Below are positions 16,632 through 25,646 of a DNA stretch of 64,000 nucleotides, piece after piece. Each line of letters starts with the position of its first letter. Position 1 is the first letter of the stretch. A program made the position numbers and the translations under genes. The notes below the pieces were generated by a model that saw only the letters and a list, made by a program, of their open reading frames with translations, made no database searches and was not told where the DNA came from. This DNA is from Candidatus Omnitrophota bacterium. Lineage in GTDB: Bacteria > Omnitrophota > Gorgyraeia > VGKN01. Where the stretch lies: positions 91-64,090 of the forward strand of contig JAZDNB010000030.1 of NCBI GenBank assembly GCA_043800345.1, written 5' to 3'.

Positions 16632-19246
16632 TTTGATCTCGATAGCATATTGGTTAAAAATTCAAATTCTTCGGTCTTAGTCTTTAAATTTCTATCAAGC
16701 TTTGCGTAAAGGACTTTTTTAAGGATTGTTTTAAATTCGGGACCCGGTTTTAATCCAAGCGCCTTGAGGTCTTTTCCGGTAATACTGAGCTTTGTACCAT
16801 TGTACGCCTTAAGAAAACTTGCGACCCTCTGCAGTACCTTTTTATTGCAATGTGACTCTGTGACAATATAGGCTATTGTTTCAAACGACAGGTCTTCAAG
16901 CATTTTAAATATTTCACTCGGTTTAAGAGCTGTTTTAGTAGACAATCTTTTATAACCCACCTCCGAACAGGCATTAGTTGAAACCAATCTTTTTGAATCC
17001 CCTTTTTTAAAAACAAATTTGGTGATTACTTCATCGAGTTGTCTTTTGGTCAATCCATTAATAAGAACCATAAAATAAATAAGCCATCTCTCAAGTTTTC
17101 TCTTGGCATAACCGGACTCAAACCACCCCACTACCTTGTGTGCAGAATGCAACAAACCAAGCATCTCTTTATTAAACTTAATTGCCGGGTGGATAAACCT
17201 TATTTCATTTAACTGGGCCATACGCCGTATAGCCTTGATGGGATTATCCTCAGACAGGATAAGTATCAGTTCTTCTCTGAGCCTTTGTTTTGAAATTCTC
17301 TCAAACATTTTTAACTCAATAGCATTCTTTATGAGATTCTCCGTATAAGGTTCGATCTTGAAGTTATATCGTTGTTCAAACCTAACCGCCCTGAATATTC
17401 TCGTAGGATCATCTATAAAACTTATCTTATGGAGCACTTTTACTTTTCTGTTTTTCAGATCCTTTAATCCGCCAAAAAAATCAAGGAGTTCGCCGAAGTT
17501 TTCTTTATTGAGCCTTACCGCCATCGCGTTTATGGTAAAATCGCGCCTGAATAAATCCTGTTTTATCGTACCAAATTCAACCGTAGGGAGCGCCGCGGGA
17601 TATTCGTAATATTCCTCTCGTGCGGTCGCAAAATCAACTTTCGACTTGTCTTTCATAATAACAGTCGCTGTCCCGAATTTTTCATACGTTACAAGTGCCC
17701 CGTTAACCGTGTCGGCAAATAGACGGGCAAATCTTATTGCATCGGCCTCAACGACAATATCGAGGTCAAAATTCTTAACACCCAAAAGAAAATCTCTTAC
17801 AAATCCGCCCACCAGGAAGCTATGGTAATTGGATTTCTGGGAAAGCATTCCTATTAACTTAAGTCTATTCATAATCACCTTAGGTACTTTTTTCAGCAAT
17901 TTATCCTTTATGTTTAAGGAAGAGACGGGAATTTTTAATACCTCGGAAGAGGAAAGTTTTGCGTCCTTAAACGTATCTTTTAACAAATCGGAACGGCTTA
18001 CAATACCCACAAGTTCATCTTCTTTGATAACAGCGATACTGCTTAGATTAGAGGTAAGCATAATAGTTCTTATCTCATGCAAAGGTACGTCGGGCTTAAT
18101 ACTGATAAGTCTGGGTTTCATATATCCCTTTACTTTTGAATGCAAAAAACCTCTTTTTTCCGCCTTAGCCACCTCGCGCCTACTAATCATACCTACTACC
18201 TTATCCTTTTCCATTACAGGAAGATACTGTATATCGTACGTTTCCATTATTTTTTTAGCTTTATCCAGAGGTTCTTTTAACTTGACCGTCTTCACGGGAT
18301 AATTCATTATATCAGAGGCAAAAAGTCTTGGTTTAAGCTGCTTATGCAATATTTCAAGAAGTTTTTCTTTTAAGTTCTCAGGGTTTTTCTCCTTTATAAA
18401 AGCACTTGCCGCTGTTATATGCCCGCCTCCTTCAAAATGTTTCATTGTTTTATTTACATCAAGGCGCGGGTTCCGGCTTCGTGCGGTAAACTGAACCTTG
18501 GAATCGGTCTTTGCAATAATAAACAATCCTTCTATATCAAGAATATCTATAATTTTATTTGCAAGCGCACCTAAATCTTCGATATATTTTGGATAAGTAA
18601 ACAAAATAATGCCGATATCTATTCCGTTAATACAATAGAGCCTAATAGAATTTATCAGGGCAGAGAGAATATTCAAATTTTCCTCTCCGATAGCATGTTT
18701 TAAATAATGAACGATGGTATTAATATTAGCACCTTTTGAAAGCAGAAATCCCGTCATTTCTAAATCAAGTTTTGTAGTCGTGGGAAAACTAAAAAATCCT
18801 GTATCTTCATAAATACCAAGGGACATAACAGTAGCCTCAAAAGGGGTAATATTAATATTTCTTTTCCGGATAAGTTCGACAAGGATGGAGGTGGTCGAAC
18901 CTACATTTTTACTTACATCCTCCTTGCCGCGTATATCGTAGCGGGTCCTTGGATGGTGGTCATAGAGGTGTTTTTCTATCTTGGGGTTATCTGCAAGTTC
19001 CGAAAATTTTCCCAGTCTACTTTTAAAACGGGTTTCAACTATTATAAGTTTATCAATACCTTCTAATGCGCATTCCGATTCTCTTATGGAACCAAGTTCA
19101 TCGCCATAAAATAACATAAATTCTCTCACGGACTTTTCCATGGAAGACGGTAAAACTATTCTGGCCTTCGGATATAGTTTTTTTGCCGCAACCAATGAAG
19201 ACAATCCGTCAAAATCAAGATTACTGTGAGTGATTATGAGGTCCAT
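16622..19246 (-). CDS. DHH/DHHA1 - tandem CBS - poly(A) polymerase/CCA-adding tRNA nucleotidyltransferase fusion protein
   Basis: 874 aa. N-terminal DHH (THSNLDFDGLSS...DHH) and GGGH are followed by two CBS-like repeats, then a C-terminal GGFVRDFLLG...DLDIVVE...RRDFTINA nucleotidyltransferase head domain. Confidence 0.8.
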   Translation of the reverse strand: MDLIITHSNLDFDGLSSLVAAKKLYPKARIVLPSSMEKSVREFMLFYGDELGSIRESECALEGIDKLIIVETRFKSRLGKFSELADNPKIEKHLYDHHPRTRYDIRGKEDVSKNVGSTTSILVELIRKRNINITPFEATVMSLGIYEDTGFFSFPTTTKLDLEMTGFLLSKGANINTIVHYLKHAIGEENLNILSALINSIRLYCINGIDIGIILFTYPKYIEDLGALANKIIDILDIEGLFIIAKTDSKVQFTARSRNPRLDVNKTMKHFEGGGHITAASAFIKEKNPENLKEKLLEILHKQLKPRLFASDIMNYPVKTVKLKEPLDKAKKIMETYDIQYLPVMEKDKVVGMISRREVAKAEKRGFLHSKVKGYMKPRLISIKPDVPLHEIRTIMLTSNLSSIAVIKEDELVGIVSRSDLLKDTFKDAKLSSSEVLKIPVSSLNIKDKLLKKVPKVIMNRLKLIGMLSQKSNYHSFLVGGFVRDFLLGVKNFDLDIVVEADAIRFARLFADTVNGALVTYEKFGTATVIMKDKSKVDFATAREEYYEYPAALPTVEFGTIKQDLFRRDFTINAMAVRLNKENFGELLDFFGGLKDLKNRKVKVLHKISFIDDPTRIFRAVRFEQRYNFKIEPYTENLIKNAIELKMFERISKQRLREELILILSEDNPIKAIRRMAQLNEIRFIHPAIKFNKEMLGLLHSAHKVVGWFESGYAKRKLERWLIYFMVLINGLTKRQLDEVITKFVFKKGDSKRLVSTNACSEVGYKRLSTKTALKPSEIFKMLEDLSFETIAYIVTESHCNKKVLQRVASFLKAYNGTKLSITGKDLKALGLKPGPEFKTILKKVLYAKLDRNLKTKTEEFEFLTNMLSRSKCL

Positions 19247-19310
19247 GTGTCATAATAATATAGAATATTAAATTAGCATATAGGACATGTAAAGTCAATT
19301 TATATGCATA

Positions 19311-19339
19311 TTGCCATAGTAGATTAAATCGGATATAAT
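19311..19339 (+). promoter_or_regulatory. Sigma70-type promoter placed for a (near-)leaderless transcript of the 19349 gene
   Basis: TTGCCA (19311-19316), a 17-nt spacer, then TATAAT (19334-19339). Only 9 nt separate the -10 from ATG 19349, and there is no SD. Confidence 0.55.
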
Positions 19340-19348
19340 CTTAACACT

Positions 19349-20596
19349 ATGTTAAACCTTCTATATGCAAACTTTAAAGGTAAAATCTTTGACGAACCTG
19401 GATATCTGATGCTGGGGGCTTCCGGTTTTAACTACGTTTTACCAAACCAAAAAGAAATTATAAAACTCCCTCGGTATAGCAAATTTTTCTTCATACTTGA
19501 CTCACCAGCCCTTGGTATAAACAAAAAAACAAAAAAGGCGGAACTTCTTGATACTTATCATTACACGGTTTCGGTATTTTTACCGGCAGGGTACTTAAGG
19601 ACACTTTTACCTTCTTTAGCTTTTAAGCGGTCAGGAAAACTGCTTCCTCTCTGGGCATATGCCGCCTGCGGTTTTAAAAATAATATAGTCTATGCCTGTG
19701 CAATTAAGCTGGACAGCTATGAAAAGTGGAACCCGCAAAAATACGACGACAAAGAATTGCTTATAAGGGCAAAAATCCTTGATAAAAAATTTAAGGTTAA
19801 CTCGTTATATAGGCAACTTTTTACATGTGCAACTATATATCACTGTTTTACGGCTAAAAATTTTTTTATGGGGTTCTCCGAACTTGCCGTTCCGCTTTCA
19901 AGTAAATGTAACGCTTCCTGCATAGGTTGTATTTCTCTCCAAACCGACAACAATTTTCCTTCGTCTCAGAACCGAATAACGAAGACCCCTCTTTTAAAAG
20001 ATGTTTTAGAACTCACCTCATACCATATAAGCAAAGTCAAAGAGCCAATCGTAAGTTTTGGTCAAGGTTGTGAGGGTGAACCCCTCTTAGAGGTAGATAC
20101 TATAAAAAAGATACTTCAATCTTTAAAAACACTGCACAAAAATACAACCTTTAATATAAATACAAATGGTTCTTTGACAAAAAACTTAAAGCCCCTTATA
20201 CGTGCCGGGTTGGATACGGCAAGGATAAGCATCAATAGCGCTATTAAAGAACGGTATGCGCTATACTTCAGGCCAAAGGGCTATGATTTTGATAATGTGG
20301 TTAGTTCAATCAAAGTTTTAAAAGACAGCTGTGTTTGTGTGATGTTAAATCTGCTTGTTTTTCCCGGTATAACAGACCAGGAAAGAGAGATCGAGCCCTT
20401 GATAAAATTAATCCAAAAAACAAAACCGGCTATGCTCCAATTAAGAAATCTCAATATAGATCCGAGGCTATACCTTGCTATCATTAAACCGAAAGAGAAA
20501 TCGCTCGGCATTGTGGATTTTTTAAAAATTATCAGGAAGGTCTTTCCGTCTTTAAAGATAGGTTCTTTCAATAGACCTAAAAGCTATTTCAAATAA
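19349..20596 (+). CDS. Radical SAM protein with an uncharacterised N-terminal domain
   Basis: 415 aa with the CX3CX2C motif SSKCNASCIGCIS and a GQGCEGEPL glycine-rich SAM-binding-like motif. One of the few plus-strand genes. Confidence 0.7.
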   Translation: MLNLLYANFKGKIFDEPGYLMLGASGFNYVLPNQKEIIKLPRYSKFFFILDSPALGINKKTKKAELLDTYHYTVSVFLPAGYLRTLLPSLAFKRSGKLLPLWAYAACGFKNNIVYACAIKLDSYEKWNPQKYDDKELLIRAKILDKKFKVNSLYRQLFTCATIYHCFTAKNFFMGFSELAVPLSSKCNASCIGCISLQTDNNFPSSQNRITKTPLLKDVLELTSYHISKVKEPIVSFGQGCEGEPLLEVDTIKKILQSLKTLHKNTTFNINTNGSLTKNLKPLIRAGLDTARISINSAIKERYALYFRPKGYDFDNVVSSIKVLKDSCVCVMLNLLVFPGITDQEREIEPLIKLIQKTKPAMLQLRNLNIDPRLYLAIIKPKEKSLGIVDFLKIIRKVFPSLKIGSFNRPKSYFK

Positions 20597-21092
20597 TCCC
20601 GCAAAGTTTCAACGCGCAAATAGTCTTAGCATCAACGATTAAATTTTTCTTAAAAAGTTCTTTCACTTTTGCCCTACTAAAAACTTTGGATGTGATAATC
20701 TCATCCTTCTCATGCGCTGTTTTTACTTTTACAAGACCCGTTGCCAAGAATACATGTATCTTCTCGGTAGTAAACCCCGGGGTAGTAAAAAACCAGCCGA
20801 CCTCCTTAAGCACCTTTGCCTTATAACCTATTTCCTCAATTAATTCCCTCTGAGCGGAGGTCTTTAATGTCTCATTTTTATTTAAGGTACCGGCAGGAAG
20901 TTCCCAGATATATCGCCTTATGACCGGCCTAAGCTGTTTTATAAAAATAATCTTATCGTTATCTAAAAACGGGACCATGCATACAGCTCCCGGATGTTTC
21001 ACATACTCAAGTTTCATCGTATGTTTATTCGGGAGAATTTTATTTTCTGAATATATATTTAAAAACTTGCCTTTATATATGGGTTTTCTCAT
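20589..21092 (-). CDS. NUDIX hydrolase (ADP-ribose pyrophosphatase-like)
   Basis: Nudix box ELPAGTLNKNETLKTSAQRELIEEIGY. The track start at 21101 is a TTG. ATG 21092 (MRKPIYKGKF) sits 8 nt downstream of TATAAT (21106-21101). Confidence 0.8.
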   Translation of the reverse strand: MRKPIYKGKFLNIYSENKILPNKHTMKLEYVKHPGAVCMVPFLDNDKIIFIKQLRPVIRRYIWELPAGTLNKNETLKTSAQRELIEEIGYKAKVLKEVGWFFTTPGFTTEKIHVFLATGLVKVKTAHEKDEIITSKVFSRAKVKELFKKNLIVDAKTICALKLCGII

Positions 21093-21213
21093 GCAGTTCA
21101 ATTATAAAATAAATCAGGCAAAATAGAAATAAAATTATTACATACTACATAATGCTCTCTTTTGATAAATTACTAACATCACTTTCATTCATGGACTCAC
21201 TAAATATAAGAGT

Positions 21214-21483
21214 CTATTCCGTGCCGGGCTTCGATAATCCTTCTAGCCCCACAGCTGGTTTAATATCTATTTCACCACCACCTGTTATTTCTCTAGTAAG
21301 TCTATCTAACATCTCTTCTGCAACACTTGTATTTTTAGCATCGCCGATTTCTCGGTAGATACTTCTAGCAATCCCCCAAATTTCTCTTGTTCTATCAAAT
21401 CTACCAAGTCGTCGTTCAGCTTCGCCTTCATTTACTAAACTATCTGCCTGAGAACGCCTACTTTCCCTAACTACTTCAATCTC
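21214..21483 (-). other. Start-less 89-codon open frame directly in frame after the TAG stop of the 1366-aa gene
   Basis: Manual translation gives TAG-EIEVVRESRRSQADSLVNEGEAERRLGRFDRTREIWGIARSIYREIGDAKNTSVAEEMLDRLTREITGGGEIDIKPAVGLEGLSKPGTE-TAG. The only canonical start is the ATG of MLDRL, 56 codons in. Not in the ORF track. Confidence 0.4.
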
Positions 21484-24400
21484 CTATACCGCTTTTTTAA
21501 TCGCCTCTCTTAATATCCGAATAGTTTCTTTGGGCGTCAATCCTGCTTTATTGTTCAACACATAACTTCCAGATACAAAAATATTAGCTCCTTTTTTAAC
21601 CGAAGGTCCAATTGTAGTATCATCTATCCCACCTTGAATCATAATCTCTTTTGCATATCCTCTTTTTCTAAGTAAATCCACCTTATCGAAAACGCTGACA
21701 TCTGTTTTACCACCTACCTCAGCTGTTGCAACAGCAGTAACTACTACGATATCTACTTCTTTTAAAATTTCATCTGGAATATCTTTCACCTGTTCGTCCG
21801 ATTCAATTACTAATCCAGCTTTTACGTTGACTGACTCTGTATATTTAAGAGTTTTTACATATTGGATTGCCCCTAAAAGACCTTGTGTATCACTACCAAA
21901 AGAATCAAATTGAATATCAATGCTACTAACTACACCAGTTTCAGCAAATGCTTTTAAATATTCATTAGAAGGTTTCAAATATAACAAATGAACATCAAAC
22001 GGTATTTCAGCGCCTCTTTCTTTCATCTTGCTTATAAGTGCTGGTGTAAACTGTTCAGTGTTATCAGGATAATCGATATTGGCGTTAGATCTTCCGGTAT
22101 TCTCAAAATAATTCTTATCTCGCACATCAAAATGAACACCATCTGCCTCTGCTTGAAATATTTCCATTGTACTTCCAATCAATACTTCATCATCTACTTT
22201 CTTTAATACAGAAAGAGGGACATAAATCTCAAACTTTCTATCCGTCTGTACGGATTCTGACATCACACCTACAGTATCTGGTGGCTGAGCGGTTGGCTGT
22301 GTGGCGGTTTTTGCTTGTGGCTCAGGTACTATAACAGGAAAATCTTTTCTTGAACAAATTAAAAACACTCCTTCGGTAAATTTAGGAGAACACGGATAGT
22401 CGGAAGGTAAAGATTCAAACCTCTTAACCTCGAAACCTTTTTTTTCCAGATCACTCATGATACTTTTATCCAAACCATCAACAACATCTCCGTCTTCAAT
22501 GGTAATAAAAAGAATGCCATCTGGTTTTAAAATCCTTACTGCTTGAGGAATTAATACCCATGTTTTTGTGATATTGTTAATAGTAACGATGTCATAAGAA
22601 GAATCTACTATTCCAATCTTTTCATAATCACCGGCTTCGGGAGCAGCCCATATTACATTATTTCCATTACTTCGCGCCTGGTCGGTAAGGAATTTTAGAG
22701 TCTCTAATCCAACAATAGATACATTATCAAACAATTTTCTTAAAAGCATCCCGAAGCTTCCGACAAATTCACCTGTCCCCGTATCTAAATCAACTGCACA
22801 AATACTATTTCTATCTTTAAATCTTGCTCTTATAATCTCTTCTGTTGTAGAAGTTACTGAAGTCAAAAATCGGTCAACGTCATTAGTATCCGTAGGTTGA
22901 TTTGCGGCTGGGGTCCCTGGTCCGAAGGAGGTTCCACTTCGCAAACTAGGAGCATATCTAATTATAATGTTATATTTATTCATATCGGGCATTCTTGGGG
23001 CATCAAAAATTAAGCTTGCATTTTTACCCATATGTAAAGATATAACATCCAACGGCCATGGATTTTCAAAGGTATCGCTCCAACGCAACCCTCTTACATC
23101 CATAAGCTGTTCTACCCACGCTTCACCTTTTAAAATAACGACTTGGTTTCCCGCTCTTTTAAGAGCATCCCCAAATCTCAAACCCTCTTCGGAGGAAAAT
23201 TCAAGACCCGAGGTCGTGAATGTATCGGTCGTAATTATAAGTTGGCCTGATGAAAGATATGTGCCCAAACCTCTATACTGCTTCATGATTTCTAGTTGTA
23301 CAAGTTGTGCATCATATCTCTCAATAAGGTCATTAACCTCGTCACTTAGCACGTCTTTTACCATATAAGGTCTGTCTTTCGCATATATAGTTACTTCTTT
23401 ACCCATACACAATAAAGCATGAATCAGGATAAAATCACTAAATACCTCGCCAGAATTATCCGTGCATATTGCGATTCGCTTGGTTGCCGGATCCATCAGC
23501 CTATCCAAAATTTGCCTTCTATGGTCGATTAAATAGAATAATTTTGCCCTTGCAGCTTCATCTAATTGACCACGGAACTGATCAATAGCATTTCCAAGGG
23601 CTGAAATCTCTATTGCCATCGACAGCCTATCTCTTTCGTCTGGGATGCCAAAAACCTTCTTTAAATTCTGTACTATATCTTTGACATCTCTTTCATTCTC
23701 TTCTTGTTTTACATGATAGAATGGGTCAAGATAAGGATTTATCCCAATAATATTTTGATAATCTTCTTCGCTTTCTCTCCTTACTTCCTCAAGGCAATCT
23801 TTATAGATTCCGTTTAATTTAGTAAACAACACATGCCAAGCATAACTTTTTATATACGGCTTGAATATATCCTTTTTGGAAATGATTTCGCTTTCAACGC
23901 GTGCCTTAACTCTGTCTAAAAGTTTGGCCTTAATCCCATCATTTATAGGTAACCCCTGTATACCTGCATAAAATTTAGAAAGGTTTGAATCTGGATGGGT
24001 TGCATCTAGCCAACGCCCAATGCCACCATCCCAAATCTCCCCCATAGCTACTTGACCCCTAGAAGCAAATCCTAATGATTTTCCCTTTGTGAATTTTAAT
24101 TCATCAACAACGTTTTCTTTTGAAACTGATTCAACGATTCTTTGTTTTTTATGAACTACTAATAAAACTTCAAGACCGTTTCTTCTACAACCATCAGCCT
24201 CAATAATTGTTTCAGTCCCTATTTGCATGAATGTATCTTTCCCGTTAGCCCATAGAAAAATATCTTGCGCGCCTTGTTGTATGAGCGCATTGGCCAGATC
24301 TAAAAGAGTGGCGCCTTTAAAGTGTGTTATGCCCGTGACGGCAGATGTTATAATCTTTCCGTCTCTTGTCACGCCAAAACAGGTATGGGGGTGTATACCC

Positions 24401-25584
24401 GGTAAAAATACTACGGTAACAGTATCTGTTGTTGTATCAATAATATATTCGCCTCCCTTAAGCAACGGAATATCTTTCTCCTCTGTCACATTTTTGTAGC
24501 CCCATTTAGTAAAAACCAATTCCCTTTCTTCATCAGAAATACCTTTTATTCTTAGGGGAGACAGACTAAGTGTTACGGGTTTATCCTGCAGAGCCTGTCT
24601 TATTTTTTCTTTGTCATTATACAATTCGCCCACCCCATCGCTAAAACCAAGATGAAACTGGTCAGTGCCGCGCTGAAACATGGGGAAACGGAATAAATGC
24701 CTTAGATCATCGAACTGTTCATATAGGGCTTCGATATTAAGCTTTCCATTTTTTACTATACGTTGTCCATACACGCCGCATTTGATCTTATTTGAAATAT
24801 CAAGATCTTGTTCGTCAAAAATTCCTTGTTCGCCTTTGGAATTAAAAAATTTAACAGTCATCGCCAAAACCCTGCCATCATCCTGTGTAACCAGCATATC
24901 ATAATTTCTTCCAAGGAGAGGTTCATTAGAGATGTGATAAACTATACTGTTATTAATAGCAATAAACCACTCATTAAAACCTAAATTGCCGTTCGGTAAA
25001 ACCGCCAAAATTTCATAATCTGGATGTTCTGCTTTATATTGAGCGACAAGGGAATCAACATCTATGCGCATAGCGCTAACTTGGGAAATTTTTGCAAAGG
25101 GTATCTCCGTCCCGTCTAATATTATCTTGTTGCGAACTCGGTCAAAAAAGAATCTGCTTTCTCCCTGTAGATCAAACGCTCCTCCTTCAACCACCAGCGC
25201 TATTTCTACGTTCGTATCATCAAATGTTTTTACGATTGGCTTTTGGGATTCAAATTGTAATCTCGCGTTCTTTAGAGCCGCCTCTTCGGAAGGTTTTTGC
25301 TTTAGAGATTTTGTTTTTAATTTATTCAGTTTAAGCGGGGGGGATAAAAAGTAAGGAATCCTCTTTGTATGAATACACAGAGAAAAGTCATTTTTAACGG
25401 GCAGGGTTGATTCGGGAAAAGTCTTACTTTTGGCAAAAGAGGGGTCTTTGTCAAAGAGAGAGTAATATAAAACTACGACCAACTGCATGGCGAGAACTAA
25501 AATTAACTTTAGAATAGGTAAATAGTGGGGTGACCGAGAGATTTTCATAATAGTATCTCTTACTGTAAAAAGTTTTTTTATCAA
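21484..25584 (-). CDS. 1366-aa membrane-anchored multidomain fusion: NAGPA-like (phosphodiester glycosidase-like) + DUF89/ARMT1-like phosphatase + class I SAM methyltransferase + ribulose-phosphate-3-epimerase-like TIM barrel
   Basis: N-terminal TM helix (LPILKLILVLAMQLVVVLYY). NAGPA-like block CFGVTRDGKIITSAVTG...GATLLDLANALIQQGAQ at ~24175-24895. DUF89 core ICTDNSGEVFSDFILIHALLCMGKEVTIYAKDRPYMVKDV ... ILKGEAWVE at ~23020-24000. MTase motif I VDLDTGTGEF and ILKPDGILFI at ~22440-22870. RPE-like end IMIQGGIDDTT...GANIFVSGSYV at 21487-22240. The track start is TTG 25584; the alternative is ATG 25548. Confidence 0.6.
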   Translation of the reverse strand: MIKKLFTVRDTIMKISRSPHYLPILKLILVLAMQLVVVLYYSLFDKDPSFAKSKTFPESTLPVKNDFSLCIHTKRIPYFLSPPLKLNKLKTKSLKQKPSEEAALKNARLQFESQKPIVKTFDDTNVEIALVVEGGAFDLQGESRFFFDRVRNKIILDGTEIPFAKISQVSAMRIDVDSLVAQYKAEHPDYEILAVLPNGNLGFNEWFIAINNSIVYHISNEPLLGRNYDMLVTQDDGRVLAMTVKFFNSKGEQGIFDEQDLDISNKIKCGVYGQRIVKNGKLNIEALYEQFDDLRHLFRFPMFQRGTDQFHLGFSDGVGELYNDKEKIRQALQDKPVTLSLSPLRIKGISDEERELVFTKWGYKNVTEEKDIPLLKGGEYIIDTTTDTVTVVFLPGIHPHTCFGVTRDGKIITSAVTGITHFKGATLLDLANALIQQGAQDIFLWANGKDTFMQIGTETIIEADGCRRNGLEVLLVVHKKQRIVESVSKENVVDELKFTKGKSLGFASRGQVAMGEIWDGGIGRWLDATHPDSNLSKFYAGIQGLPINDGIKAKLLDRVKARVESEIISKKDIFKPYIKSYAWHVLFTKLNGIYKDCLEEVRRESEEDYQNIIGINPYLDPFYHVKQEENERDVKDIVQNLKKVFGIPDERDRLSMAIEISALGNAIDQFRGQLDEAARAKLFYLIDHRRQILDRLMDPATKRIAICTDNSGEVFSDFILIHALLCMGKEVTIYAKDRPYMVKDVLSDEVNDLIERYDAQLVQLEIMKQYRGLGTYLSSGQLIITTDTFTTSGLEFSSEEGLRFGDALKRAGNQVVILKGEAWVEQLMDVRGLRWSDTFENPWPLDVISLHMGKNASLIFDAPRMPDMNKYNIIIRYAPSLRSGTSFGPGTPAANQPTDTNDVDRFLTSVTSTTEEIIRARFKDRNSICAVDLDTGTGEFVGSFGMLLRKLFDNVSIVGLETLKFLTDQARSNGNNVIWAAPEAGDYEKIGIVDSSYDIVTINNITKTWVLIPQAVRILKPDGILFITIEDGDVVDGLDKSIMSDLEKKGFEVKRFESLPSDYPCSPKFTEGVFLICSRKDFPVIVPEPQAKTATQPTAQPPDTVGVMSESVQTDRKFEIYVPLSVLKKVDDEVLIGSTMEIFQAEADGVHFDVRDKNYFENTGRSNANIDYPDNTEQFTPALISKMKERGAEIPFDVHLLYLKPSNEYLKAFAETGVVSSIDIQFDSFGSDTQGLLGAIQYVKTLKYTESVNVKAGLVIESDEQVKDIPDEILKEVDIVVVTAVATAEVGGKTDVSVFDKVDLLRKRGYAKEIMIQGGIDDTTIGPSVKKGANIFVSGSYVLNNKAGLTPKETIRILREAIKKAV

Positions 25585-25646
25585 ACTTCATATCTATTAT
25601 AAGTATATATAGTAATAAATGTTTTTTCAAGAGGCCTTGTTTTTTA

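Noticed and set aside
21484-21486. Genome-wide reassignment of TAG (to a sense codon) as the explanation for the in-frame ORF after the 1366-aa gene.
   Set aside because: TAG clearly terminates the DUF503 gene at 16350-16352, immediately before the rbfA ATG, and it also bounds the pgpA upstream frame. Any read-through would have to be local, not a code change.
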